Virus record (IMG/VR): IMGVR_UViG_3300042691_028414
DNA from: a virus
Lineage: Duplodnaviria; Heunggongvirae; Uroviricota; Caudoviricetes
DNA: 64,000 nt
Strand: one strand, 5' to 3'
In this document: positions 25,606 through 35,490 of the stretch, piece by piece
How the letters are laid out: every line of letters begins with the position of its first letter
Numbering within the stretch: the first letter of the stretch is position 1
Made by a program: the position numbers and the translations under genes
The notes under the pieces: generated by a model
Told to the model about the DNA's origin: nothing
Database searches by the model: none
Seen by the model: the letters and a program-made list of their open reading frames with translations, nothing else

Positions 25606-25638
25606 AAAATCCCCACCTTTTGAGTGGGGTTTTTAATT
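25606..25638. terminator. bidirectional terminator
   Basis: aatccccaccttttgagtggggttttt between convergent genes. Confidence 0.65.
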
Positions 25639-25651
25639 TATAATTTTTTAT

Positions 25652-26527
25652 TTACCCATAAACAACTTCACCCATTACACATAGTTGTAAGAATACATCG
25701 GCATCTCCAGCATCCGCATTTTCCAATAATATATTTTTCCAAACTTCAGGATATTCACTTTTTATTTTTGTTATTGCCTCTAATATTCTGTTCATATCAA
25801 TATGTCCAAGTTTAGTATTTTCAATGTCTTCCTGATAACTCTTTTCATCAACCATATCATCACTATCACCAATATTGTAATCACCATCTTTTAATGCTCT
25901 CCTAACATCATAATATTCTTCCTTATCGTAGAAATCAATTGACCCACCTCGTAAGACATATTCACCAACCGCTTCAGATTTTGATTGCCCATATGATTTT
26001 ATATTTTCAGGTAAATCAATTAAATACCAATAATTGGATCCACCCTCAAGAGCGGTAACTAAAATATCAGTTATGTCTTCTTTTGTTAACTTTCTATTTA
26101 ATTGTTCTTTCTCCCATTTTTCGCTTCTGATATTCCAAGACATTGAATATGCTCCTCCGTGTATATCTCTATCAATACCATCTTTAACATACTCTTCAAA
26201 ATCAAAATTTTCAAGGTTCTTTTTATTTCTTTCGTATTGTTTTACTTTACCCTCATATTCTTTAATCATATAATCAAAATATTTTTCAGGTATATCAGGA
26301 TTATTTTTAATATGACTTTTTATTTTTTCCAAAATTTCCGCATGTTCCTCACCCTCCTCAACTTCTTTTTTTAACCATTCATATTGTTGTTTAACATTTT
26401 TTCTAACAAATTCTTCAATTCGTTTCATTTCGTCCTGTGTAAACCCATATTGATTTACCTCATCTGACTCTGAAATAAGATTTGACTTTAAATATTTTAA
26501 TTGTTTTTCGGTAAGAAATATTTTCAT
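25652..26527 (-). CDS. leader-peptide family member
   Basis: MKIFLTEKQLKYLKSNLISE followed by a 270-aa cargo. Confidence 0.45.
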   Translation of the reverse strand: MKIFLTEKQLKYLKSNLISESDEVNQYGFTQDEMKRIEEFVRKNVKQQYEWLKKEVEEGEEHAEILEKIKSHIKNNPDIPEKYFDYMIKEYEGKVKQYERNKKNLENFDFEEYVKDGIDRDIHGGAYSMSWNIRSEKWEKEQLNRKLTKEDITDILVTALEGGSNYWYLIDLPENIKSYGQSKSEAVGEYVLRGGSIDFYDKEEYYDVRRALKDGDYNIGDSDDMVDEKSYQEDIENTKLGHIDMNRILEAITKIKSEYPEVWKNILLENADAGDADVFLQLCVMGEVVYG

Positions 26528-26547
26528 ACTTTATTTTATATTATAGG

Positions 26548-26874
26548 TTAGTGTCCGTAATCAATAGGTAAATATCCACTCAAATTATAGGTTTCTTCCA
26601 ACCATATTTTTAGAATATCTTGTATTTGTTCATATTCCATATCAAAAATGGATTCAAAAAATATCCAAATTCTTGTGTAATCAATAAAAACAAACTTATT
26701 TTTATCATCTTGATAATAGTAAAATAACGGTTTTTTATCCTTATTAACATAAAATGTTCTATCATAGTTAACAACCTTAGTTAGATTACCGAATTTATTA
26801 TTCAACCAATTTAACGCCAGTCTGTCCCTTTTATTTTCCGTTATAATTATTTTCATATATGAATAAATATCCAT
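26548..26874 (-). CDS. hypothetical protein
   Basis: 108-aa ORF. Confidence 0.45.
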   Translation of the reverse strand: MDIYSYMKIIITENKRDRLALNWLNNKFGNLTKVVNYDRTFYVNKDKKPLFYYYQDDKNKFVFIDYTRIWIFFESIFDMEYEQIQDILKIWLEETYNLSGYLPIDYGH

Positions 26875-26880
26875 AAAATA

Positions 26881-26910
26881 AAAAAACCCACTTTTAAGGT
26901 GGGTTTTATA
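26881..26910. terminator. rho-independent terminator
   Basis: aacccacttttaaggtgggtttt. Confidence 0.6.
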
Positions 26911-27759
26911 TTAGAGTTGTTCTTCTTTTATTTCCTGTAAGGTTTTAAAGTAATTTACTCTCGTATTGGCTATCTCGGTATAGTTTGGTGATAACTCAAT
27001 ACCTAACCATCTTCTTCCCAATACTTCAGCGGCAACTAATGTTGTTCCACTACCAGCGAATGGATCTAAAATCACATCGTTTTTGTAGGATAATATTTTG
27101 ATCGCTTTAGTTGGGATGTCCATTGAGAACGTCGCCTTGGTGAGTGATTTAGTATCTGCAAAGTAATTCCACTGACCAAAAACAAGTTCCATAAACTCCT
27201 TCTTATCTTGTTCTTCATATACAACTTTCTTTTTTATGGTTCCATCCTCCTGTTCAATTTCAGTAGGTGTCCCTTTCCACTGAGGTTCTCCCTTAACCTT
27301 TTTAATGTGGTGTTTTTTGTATGCAAGTATTACACACTCCTTTGGATTATAAATATACGGACTTGACGGACTCATCCAAGATCCCCAAGCAGTTGTTTTA
27401 CTACGATGAGGTGAATCTTCTTCTAAATCCACGATACCGAAGAAACCAAACCCAATTTGTTTCATTAATTGATACATTTCAGAAACAAAGAAAATTCTTC
27501 CCCCTTTCTTTTGTCTATTGATTTCATATGGAATATTCAACGCGATTCGTCCATCATCTTTCAAAACATTATATGCTTCAGTTAACCAATTTTTGGCAAA
27601 TACCAAATACTCCTCAAACTCCACATCATCATCGTGGGTATCATACGCAATCCCGACTCCGTAGGGTGGTGATGTGACGATTAAATCCACAGACCCTTCA
27701 GGTAATGTTTTCATCACCTCAATACAATCTCCTGTTATTATTTTTCCTGTTTCTATCAT
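26911..27759 (-). CDS. DNA methyltransferase, beta-class N6A/N4C
   Basis: DLIVTSPPYG motif IV at the N-terminus; DPFAGSGTT motif I at the C-terminus. Confidence 0.85.
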   Translation of the reverse strand: MIETGKIITGDCIEVMKTLPEGSVDLIVTSPPYGVGIAYDTHDDDVEFEEYLVFAKNWLTEAYNVLKDDGRIALNIPYEINRQKKGGRIFFVSEMYQLMKQIGFGFFGIVDLEEDSPHRSKTTAWGSWMSPSSPYIYNPKECVILAYKKHHIKKVKGEPQWKGTPTEIEQEDGTIKKKVVYEEQDKKEFMELVFGQWNYFADTKSLTKATFSMDIPTKAIKILSYKNDVILDPFAGSGTTLVAAEVLGRRWLGIELSPNYTEIANTRVNYFKTLQEIKEEQL

Positions 27760-28595
27760 TTTTTCTCCAATGTTTCAATGTGGTGTTGCAAATACCACAA
27801 TGCTTTTTTAAGATCCTGTAATTCTTTATCTAACTCTTTCTTACCCGCTCTTGAGATATACTTCACAGTATTACCAAGGGAGAATCCTAAGTCCCAAGCA
27901 TCAATCACCTTGATTGCTTCATATGGGTTTGACTCTCCCCCATAGTGGTTAGGGTGATTTACTTGTTCCTTTTTTTCTTCCATTTCTTTTTTCTTTTTGT
28001 GAGCCCAAAATACTCCATCAATATGATAGGTATTAAATCCTTGCCAGTCAAATGATTCAATTACATTATTAACACCTTCAGTAGGATCTTTTGAGGACTT
28101 ATAATCATCCAAATATACAATACCATCATCATTAATAAAATTAATCACATTATTAATATCACCTCTAACGCATTCCTCAAAGTGGCACCCATCAATCTCA
28201 ATAAAATCAAATTTTGTTTTTGATGTGTCTAAAACTCTTGGAACAACCTCAAGGGAGTTACCAGGAAATAAACTCAAATGTATGTTCCACTTCCTGTAAT
28301 GCTTGGCAAGTATTGAGTGATTGTTAACAGTACTCTCATATTTACAGTCATCAAATACAAAAACAATTATTGGTTTCCTATTAAAATCAGGATCTTCATT
28401 AATTATTTTCAATAATGTCTCACATATTAAAACCATTGAATGTCCTTCATTGAATCCTATTTCAATAATATTTCTTGGTTTAATTTGGTATACCAAATCT
28501 TGTAGGGTATGAATCCTTTCTGGGTACCAACTAATGTTACCCTCACCCTTACCAAACATCATTCCGGGTAATTTGTTAAATATATTATTTTCCAT
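27756..28595 (-). CDS. hypothetical protein with a Rossmann-like N-terminus and a DUF3310-like C-terminal tail
   Basis: IIEIGFNEGHS, then a C-terminal HPNHYGG...GNTVKYISRAGKK. The 4-nt overlap with the MTase gene suggests co-expression. Confidence 0.45.
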   Translation of the reverse strand: MENNIFNKLPGMMFGKGEGNISWYPERIHTLQDLVYQIKPRNIIEIGFNEGHSMVLICETLLKIINEDPDFNRKPIIVFVFDDCKYESTVNNHSILAKHYRKWNIHLSLFPGNSLEVVPRVLDTSKTKFDFIEIDGCHFEECVRGDINNVINFINDDGIVYLDDYKSSKDPTEGVNNVIESFDWQGFNTYHIDGVFWAHKKKKEMEEKKEQVNHPNHYGGESNPYEAIKVIDAWDLGFSLGNTVKYISRAGKKELDKELQDLKKALWYLQHHIETLEKK

Positions 28596-29784
28596 TTAAA
28601 TCAAATTTAATTTCTTTTGTAGGGATATTACTTCCATCCATTGTTTTACCATCCAATTCAAATTCTTCATCATTGAAGTATTCTTTTAATAGTTCATCGG
28701 TTGGGATTGTTTTATAATCCATCTTAAGGTTGTCCATATCAAGTTTATAATTCATTTTATGTTTGATGTCGTCAATCTCTTCAGCGTTTCTTAATGATTC
28801 ACATATTTGATAAATGATTTTATATGGATCAGCATTAGATGATGGTCGTCTATCTTCAACATATCCCTTCCATTCTTTTGCGGTTGATTGTGGAACTCTA
28901 ATTGATGCACCTCTATCTGAAATACCCCAACTAAACTTATTAATTGATTGGGTTTCAAATTTACCCGTCAATCTTAATTCATTTGATGAACCATAATTTT
29001 CAATATGTTCTTGGTGTCTTGTGGCAAAACTTGAGAAAATTGATTTAAAATGATTTTCACCACCTTCTTCCCTCATTTTATAATTTGAGAAGTTTGTGTG
29101 AAGTCCAGATCCATTCCATTCACCTTTTTGGATTGGTTTTGGGTGTAGTTCAATCCCATAATTATATTTTTCGGACAACTTATGTAATAGGTATCTAGAC
29201 ATCCATAAATCATCTCCTGATTTCAATTTACCTTGAGAGAATACTTGATACTCCCATTGTCCAAGTGCAACCTCGGCATTTATTCCTGTTATGTTAATCC
29301 CATACCTTAAACATAAATTCATATGTTCTTCAACAAATTCTCTACCCGCAACATATTCTCCAACACCACAATAATATTTACCTTGTGGTTCCAAGTTGTT
29401 TTCATCGTGGCCTAAAATACATTTATTTTTTCTATCATAGATAAAGTATTCTTGTTCAAAACCAAACCACAAATCCTCTTGTTCATTACCAAGTAATGAT
29501 CTGGTATTTGATTGATGTGGTGTTCCGTCTGAATTCATAACCTCACAAAGAACATACACACTACCAAATTTATCATCCAAATAATGTCTTACAGGTTTTA
29601 AAATACAGTCTGAAGTCCCAGTTTCTGCTTGGTTTGTTGATGATCCGTCAAAGTTCCATTCAGGAAATCTACCCGTTATAAATGAATTTTTTATGTCATC
29701 GTAATTAACAATTTTTACCTTACTTCTTAAATTTGGTTCCGGCATATATCCGTCTAACCACAGATATTCAAGTTTAATCTTCAT
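28585..29784 (-). CDS. glutamine synthetase, type II-like
   Basis: N-terminal EYLWLDG...RSKV matches the GSII EYIWIDG..RSKT motif; the catalytic region contains EVALGQWEYQV. Confidence 0.65.
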   Translation of the reverse strand: MKIKLEYLWLDGYMPEPNLRSKVKIVNYDDIKNSFITGRFPEWNFDGSSTNQAETGTSDCILKPVRHYLDDKFGSVYVLCEVMNSDGTPHQSNTRSLLGNEQEDLWFGFEQEYFIYDRKNKCILGHDENNLEPQGKYYCGVGEYVAGREFVEEHMNLCLRYGINITGINAEVALGQWEYQVFSQGKLKSGDDLWMSRYLLHKLSEKYNYGIELHPKPIQKGEWNGSGLHTNFSNYKMREEGGENHFKSIFSSFATRHQEHIENYGSSNELRLTGKFETQSINKFSWGISDRGASIRVPQSTAKEWKGYVEDRRPSSNADPYKIIYQICESLRNAEEIDDIKHKMNYKLDMDNLKMDYKTIPTDELLKEYFNDEEFELDGKTMDGSNIPTKEIKFDLNGK

Positions 29785-29972
29785 TTGTTTTTATTTATAT
29801 ATTTTATGATTTCATCCTCAGTTTTTCCTTCGCAGAACATTTTGAACACTTCATTTGAAAAGTCGTCACTAATAATAATTGCATCGGCTGATAGATATCT
29901 TGATAGGTTATCAAGATTATTAATAATATTATCTTTTCTGAGTATCCTCTTGTTGAATCCCATTATTTTCAC
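29781..29972 (-). CDS. hypothetical small protein
   Basis: 63-aa ORF. Confidence 0.35.
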   Translation of the reverse strand: MKIMGFNKRILRKDNIINNLDNLSRYLSADAIIISDDFSNEVFKMFCEGKTEDEIIKYINKNK

Positions 29973-30070
29973 TCTTTAATTTGTGATACATTTCTCTAAC
30001 TTTTTTACCCAAATCACTATCGTTTGGATTTTCCTTAACCAACTTTTCAAAAATTTCTATTATATCCATA

Positions 30071-30862
30071 TTACTTAACTTTAATTTGTATCACTTTTTT
30101 TTCTTTCCCATACATTTCTTGATTAATATATGAAATCAGTTTTCTTTTGAATAATGGTAGTAATGTTTCATTGATTGGGAATATATCACTACATTTCATT
30201 TCAAACACAGGTAATGATGGTTTTTCTTCATCAGAACTCCATTGAGAAAATGTATTAATTATTTTTGGTATAGTCAACTTATCTTTTGGTTCGGAATGAA
30301 TTAAATTTACAAGTGTTTTTTTCTCAATGGAACCTCTTGATGCTGGTGTTATGTTGTACTCCCAAACATATAAACTATTTGTTTTATTCTCATTGTAGTA
30401 AAAGTATCCTTTGTTTAACGATAGATTTTTTTTGTTCTTTTTAATTTTAACTTCAATTGTTTCAAACACGACTGACCACACGGACTTTGCAACATTGAAG
30501 TACTCCATTAGTCTTGGTGCGGAAAATTTTAATATACTAATAAACTCTTGAGTTTCTTCCTGTGTCATGTCAGGAATTTGTTTGATTTTCAAATCCTTAA
30601 CAAGGAGTTCATCATCAATCGTATCAAACTTCTTATCAGTATAAATTAATTTTTTATCTTTAATTAGGGTTTGAATACTTGCCAAATGCAATGACAACTC
30701 TATGAAACCAGGATATAGTTCCATATTATCAAGTTTCTCTCCCATTTTTTGGAAGTAACTTAATAATTTATATTCTTTGTGTTCTTGATCAATTGGTTTT
30801 TCAAATAACCAATCTGTTTCCATTATAAATTCAATTCCTTTATTTTTCTTTTTTCTTGCCAT
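30071..30862 (-). CDS. hypothetical protein
   Basis: 263-aa ORF. Confidence 0.5.
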   Translation of the reverse strand: MARKKKNKGIEFIMETDWLFEKPIDQEHKEYKLLSYFQKMGEKLDNMELYPGFIELSLHLASIQTLIKDKKLIYTDKKFDTIDDELLVKDLKIKQIPDMTQEETQEFISILKFSAPRLMEYFNVAKSVWSVVFETIEVKIKKNKKNLSLNKGYFYYNENKTNSLYVWEYNITPASRGSIEKKTLVNLIHSEPKDKLTIPKIINTFSQWSSDEEKPSLPVFEMKCSDIFPINETLLPLFKRKLISYINQEMYGKEKKVIQIKVK

Positions 30863-30898
30863 TTATTCAAGTATAATAAAGGTTTTGTCATCTGTAAA

Positions 30899-32407
30899 TT
30901 ATTTATCGGTTATCATTACAACATAACTTTGGTTACCCAAATTAATAATATCATATGTTGAGTCGTAACCATTCAAAATACCATAATCCTCATCACCAGC
31001 AACATCTTCAATAAATGCCTTTTCATCAATAAAATTATCAACATCCATGTCGTAATTTCTCAACCAACTTATAGGGTCATTAGAAATTTCGTATTTTTTA
31101 TCTTCAACCCTTTCTTCAACCGAATCTTCATCCAAATCACCATCAGGATTTTCTTCAATTTCTTGTATTTCATATTCAATATCAGAAATTCTACTTTCAC
31201 GATCATCTTGGTGATCGTCAGTGTCTTCATCATCATATAGTTGACCTGGTTGAACTATCGATCCGTCTTTATATAATACCCACTTATTTCCTTCATATTT
31301 TAATTGAAATTCGTGTTCTTCATCTTCATCCCAAAAATCAAATACAGTTCCATTTTCTTCTTTTGTTGGGTACTTTATTGGAAACCTGACTCCTTCATTT
31401 TCATAAACCCATTTCTCCATTTTAAGAACCCAAAGTTCATCTTTTTGACTTCTACTTAAATCTTTTACAACGTCATAATTATCAGGATCATCATATATCC
31501 ATTCTCTAATAACATCTTCAAAATAGTCGGCAACCTCATCACCATCAATATGTCTTTCAACCGTATATTGATTAAAGTGTCTATATCCTCCATCATCCAA
31601 TAATTGTTCAACCCATTCTTTTTTTGATTCATCCGCTTCATATTCGGTTCCAACGGCAATTGTCACATCATTAAAATCATCATATGTTGTCATAAAAGAT
31701 AACATATTATAATGTCCAAAACTTTTGGGTATCAATCCATAAACATCATTATTTTCCTTTCTTAATAAATCATCAATGTCTTCTTGTAATTCATCGTATT
31801 CACTTTGCAATTCAGATAAAAGTTCCTCATCATTTTCCGCTTCCATTCTATCAGAAATATTAAGTTGTCTTTGTTCTAAATTTTTTAATTCTCTTTTTTC
31901 TTCTGATGTTATTTCTTCTATCTCACCATTTTCAACAAGGTACTGAAACGCAGCATTTGCTTTTAATCCCTCATCATCAATGTTCGGATAATCTAAGTCC
32001 CACACACCATTTTCTCTTCTTTCTTGGGCATCATCCAATTCTTTTCTTCGTTTCCTTATCTTTTCTTTAGACTCCAATGGTGTATTATAGTACCATTTAG
32101 ACCCCGTAATTGTCACACCATTTAAAGTTTCTAACTTTGATCTAGTTGCCTCTAATGATCCTTGTAGATATATTGTTCCAAGATTTGTAACTGGTTTACC
32201 TGATATATCTAACCTACCGTTTACTTTTATTTTCTTACCTCTAAACCTTCTTGTCTTTTCAAGAGCCGCACCATTATATCCAGTTACAGATAATAACTGT
32301 TCATATTCATTTGCGGGAATTTCAATAAATTCAGATTCTTCTTCGTTGAGTTTAGTTTTAATTATTTTAATTAAATCTGATTCGGTAAGTCTAATTACTT
32401 TTTTCAT
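30899..32407 (-). CDS. leader-peptide family member with a hyper-acidic 480-aa cargo
   Basis: MKKVIRLTESDLIKIIKTKLNEE leader, then long D/E-rich tracts. Confidence 0.55.
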   Translation of the reverse strand: MKKVIRLTESDLIKIIKTKLNEEESEFIEIPANEYEQLLSVTGYNGAALEKTRRFRGKKIKVNGRLDISGKPVTNLGTIYLQGSLEATRSKLETLNGVTITGSKWYYNTPLESKEKIRKRRKELDDAQERRENGVWDLDYPNIDDEGLKANAAFQYLVENGEIEEITSEEKRELKNLEQRQLNISDRMEAENDEELLSELQSEYDELQEDIDDLLRKENNDVYGLIPKSFGHYNMLSFMTTYDDFNDVTIAVGTEYEADESKKEWVEQLLDDGGYRHFNQYTVERHIDGDEVADYFEDVIREWIYDDPDNYDVVKDLSRSQKDELWVLKMEKWVYENEGVRFPIKYPTKEENGTVFDFWDEDEEHEFQLKYEGNKWVLYKDGSIVQPGQLYDDEDTDDHQDDRESRISDIEYEIQEIEENPDGDLDEDSVEERVEDKKYEISNDPISWLRNYDMDVDNFIDEKAFIEDVAGDEDYGILNGYDSTYDIINLGNQSYVVMITDK

Positions 32408-32501
32408 ATTTTATAAATATTATTGATATACCAAAATTATTTACAAAATACATTCTATTAAGATATTTATAAGAAAATAAACCTAATAAAAACAATCAGC
32501 T

Positions 32502-32648
32502 ATGGGGTGTGGATGCAAAAATAAGAACAATGGTGGAACTCCCGCTACTCAACAAGCACCGGCTCAAGGACAGCCACAGCAAGTAAAAAATGCCACTGTT
32601 CAAGAGTCAGTTAAAAAAATCGTTGAGAAGTATTATAACAAGAGGTAA
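32502..32648 (+). CDS. small 48-aa ORF, MGCGCKNKNNGGTPATQQAPAQGQPQQVKNATVQESVKKIVEKYYNKR
   Basis: My own translation. Lies in a GC-enriched island within the divergent intergenic region; a weak hairpin follows it. Confidence 0.3.
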   Translation: MGCGCKNKNNGGTPATQQAPAQGQPQQVKNATVQESVKKIVEKYYNKR

Positions 32649-32714
32649 TTTATTTCTACCAAAGAAATTAATGGGTGGTTACGGAAGTTTCCACCTTTTT
32701 TTATATTTATAGGT

Positions 32715-33731
32715 ATGTCAAAAGTTTTAGATTTAGTAAATAAATTCAATAATGGTGAATGGGATGATATCTCTGATGTATTCGGAGGTGATGTAAAAAG
32801 ATTTTATTCCTATGTAAAACGCGCAGGATTTTTAAATTATTTTGATTTAGATAGTATACACTACGAAGATGAACGGTTTGTAAATGAGTTGATGTTATAT
32901 CGCCTACAAAACGATCCTTCATATCTAAACGAGATTGTTCAGGGTTTTTTAAGTGATGTTGAAATTCGTGGTGATGGTTATTATTTAATGTTGAGTGACT
33001 TATCTGAGTTATCCGATTTTTTTAAGGACAACCAGTATTCAAGAGAATATAACGATAGAGATATTGTAAAAAATGTTTTAGATGAGGATTGGTGGGAACC
33101 TTATAGTGATACCGTTTACGATGTTTATAAAGATATTGTTGAAGAACTTAACGAAAAGAATATGAAATTATTAGCCGAGAGAGTTTTAGAATTGGTTGGT
33201 AATCAAGAATTATCTTTAGATGATTATAAAAGTGAATTGTTTAGAGATATGTCGGATGACGATGGTAGATTTATCATTACTGAATCAAATGTGATGTCTG
33301 TTGTTGAGGATGAGGACTCTATGAATTCATTATTTAAAGGTGATTTAAATGATTTGATGAATAGTTTTCGTTGGTTGGGTGATGAGGCTTACAATCAGGC
33401 ATATAATGATGAAGTGTACTCGGAGGTATTTGATGAGTTATCAACTTACTTTGAGGGTAAGCACAGTTGGGTTGAAAACAAAAACGGTTTAAAAACCGTA
33501 TATATACCTTATATTAAAATTAAAAACATTAAAAGTGATATTGAGAATTTTTTAAATTCATTTGCTGGATATGAGGATACTTTATTTGAATATGGTGATT
33601 ACTCATCAATGTTACGCCATTACATGGGCGATAGTGATGATTTTTTAAGAATCAGGGTTCCTGACTATCCAGATAATAGAAAAGTTGTTGAGAATATCAA
33701 TGACGGGTTACCTGATCGTCTTTATTACTAA
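32715..33731 (+). CDS. hypothetical acidic protein
   Basis: 338-aa ORF; TATATTTATAGGT motif upstream. Confidence 0.55.
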   Translation: MSKVLDLVNKFNNGEWDDISDVFGGDVKRFYSYVKRAGFLNYFDLDSIHYEDERFVNELMLYRLQNDPSYLNEIVQGFLSDVEIRGDGYYLMLSDLSELSDFFKDNQYSREYNDRDIVKNVLDEDWWEPYSDTVYDVYKDIVEELNEKNMKLLAERVLELVGNQELSLDDYKSELFRDMSDDDGRFIITESNVMSVVEDEDSMNSLFKGDLNDLMNSFRWLGDEAYNQAYNDEVYSEVFDELSTYFEGKHSWVENKNGLKTVYIPYIKIKNIKSDIENFLNSFAGYEDTLFEYGDYSSMLRHYMGDSDDFLRIRVPDYPDNRKVVENINDGLPDRLYY

Positions 33732-33783
33732 ACTATTTATAATGTTGTTTTAATTTCATACACATTATAAAAATTTAATAGTT

Positions 33784-34482
33784 ATGAGATTAATTAACAA
33801 AAATTCAAAAAGAGGAATCGTAAATTTATTTGCCGACTTTATTCTCTCAAAAATCAACAAAACAGAAAAATCAATTATCCAAGTCACAGATTGTGGTGCA
33901 TTTATGGTTGTTAATGGTTTAACAACATCAAATGAGTATTTAGACATAAACGAAATTAAAAATGAGTTCAAGGAATCTTTTGGTGATACCCTGAAGGAGC
34001 TGGAAATGTCAGATATTAATACCATTGATGTTGTTAGATATAATCAGGATATAAACACAATTCATAAGGGTTGGGTTATGGTAAAGAAAGATATTTTTGT
34101 TGAGGAACCTGAACCTGATATTTCAGAAATATCAATTTCATCAGAATTCCCATATGGTTATAGTTTAGATTGTGGAAGGTTAAACACATATTACTCACAT
34201 TACATAATGAACCATATGTTTAATTTATTAGGTGTCAATGAAGTATCATTTTATTTCACCACTGAGGAAGATAATAATGAAGATTTAAAAATTAAAATTA
34301 TATCCGACTCAAAAATTGACAAGAAATCAATTAAGTCACTTATTCTTGATGTATTTGATTTTAATATGGACTCATTTAGAGAGCGTTTGTCGGATTATAA
34401 TTTAATTGATGATGTCCTGAATCCTGATGGTGAAAAACCGTACCTTAAACAAGATTTATTAGAACATATAATTCTATTCTAA
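33784..34482 (+). CDS. hypothetical protein
   Basis: 232-aa ORF followed by the terminator at 34485-34518. Confidence 0.5.
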   Translation: MRLINKNSKRGIVNLFADFILSKINKTEKSIIQVTDCGAFMVVNGLTTSNEYLDINEIKNEFKESFGDTLKELEMSDINTIDVVRYNQDINTIHKGWVMVKKDIFVEEPEPDISEISISSEFPYGYSLDCGRLNTYYSHYIMNHMFNLLGVNEVSFYFTTEEDNNEDLKIKIISDSKIDKKSIKSLILDVFDFNMDSFRERLSDYNLIDDVLNPDGEKPYLKQDLLEHIILF

Positions 34483-34484
34483 CA

Positions 34485-34518
34485 AAAAACCCCATCCTAA
34501 AAGGTGGGGTTTATTTTT
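34485..34518. terminator. bidirectional terminator
   Basis: aaccccatcctaaaaggtggggttt. Confidence 0.65.
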
Positions 34519-34802
34519 TATTTCTCAATCCATTCTCTAATTATCTTGACACCGTCTTCTAAATCTTGATAATCTCTATCAGGTGCAAATAATTGACTAA
34601 TCGGTTCTGTCTCAGGATTTTCAATTAACATAAATGCCGGAACAAATTCATTCTCTGTTATCTCAACAAACATATTATATTCCTCTTCATATTCGTCAAT
34701 GTCGCGATCAACAAAATCAATCCCTTCTTTAACTAACATATCTTTCATCTCAACACAAAAAGGACATCCTTCCATTGTGAATAATACTACTACCTTATCC
34801 AT
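34518..34802 (-). CDS. glutaredoxin/NrdH-like redoxin
   Basis: CPFC active-site motif in a 94-aa protein. Confidence 0.65.
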   Translation of the reverse strand: MDKVVVLFTMEGCPFCVEMKDMLVKEGIDFVDRDIDEYEEEYNMFVEITENEFVPAFMLIENPETEPISQLFAPDRDYQDLEDGVKIIREWIEK

Positions 34803-35109
34803 TGATTAATTCTTGAACTAAACCTTTTATTTCATTTTCTTGGAGAACCCCAACTCTTGTGTTAGTTACATTCCCACCATTAAATACTTTAATTGTCGGT
34901 ACGCTCCTAACCCCTAATGCCATTGCAACTTCTCTGTTTTGATCAACATCCATCGTATACATCTGTACATTAGTAGTATTTTCAGTTGCAACTCTTTCAA
35001 AAATTGGTTTCATCATTTTGCAGGGTCCACACCAAGTTGCCCATAATTCAACGATTACTTTCTCACCATTATTTATTTTTTCTTGTAATTGATTTCCTGT
35101 AATTTCCAT
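34795..35109 (-). CDS. thioredoxin
   Basis: WATWCGPCKMM active site. Confidence 0.85.
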   Translation of the reverse strand: MEITGNQLQEKINNGEKVIVELWATWCGPCKMMKPIFERVATENTTNVQMYTMDVDQNREVAMALGVRSVPTIKVFNGGNVTNTRVGVLQENEIKGLVQELING

Positions 35110-35110
35110 T

Positions 35111-35452
35111 TTATTTTAATCTTGTTAAATTTTTTATGAATAACACAACTTCATCAAGTTGTGATATGTCGTATATTACTTTTATTTTATAAGTAGTCTC
35201 AACCTCCATTTTAGATAAATACAAATAGATACCAGCATTATTTCTAAAAATACCTTCAGTATGGATTAAAGAACCTCCATAAGATTTACTATCAAGATAC
35301 TCAATTGTAAATCGTTTAGTTAATAAAAGTTCAGGTGTAATCGGAATATAATCCATACACTCAATAACACTGTACACTTTATTCGTTTTCTCCAATAAAG
35401 AAGTAATAAAGTCATCAATCTTTTTAAAATATTTTATTTCACTATTCTCCAT
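35111..35452 (-). CDS. hypothetical protein
   Basis: 113-aa ORF. Confidence 0.45.
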   Translation of the reverse strand: MENSEIKYFKKIDDFITSLLEKTNKVYSVIECMDYIPITPELLLTKRFTIEYLDSKSYGGSLIHTEGIFRNNAGIYLYLSKMEVETTYKIKVIYDISQLDEVVLFIKNLTRLK

Positions 35453-35457
35453 AATAG

Positions 35458-35490
35458 AAAAGGAGGGTGATTAACCCTCCGTTGTTTTTA
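35458..35490. terminator. rho-independent terminator
   Basis: ggagggtgattaaccctcc hairpin. Confidence 0.6.

Noticed and set aside
29929-30069. Possible 46-aa minus ORF (MDIIEIFEKLVKENPNDSDLGKKVREMYHKLKSENNGIQQEDTQKR) in the gap upstream of 29781..29972.
   Set aside because: Overlaps the start of 29781..29972 in another frame. Neither choice is clearly better, so I left it unannotated.
33765-34025. Minus-strand 86-aa ORF overlapping the start of the plus-strand gene 33784..34482.
   Set aside because: Completely overlapped by the longer plus-strand ORF, which is followed by a terminator; no upstream signal.
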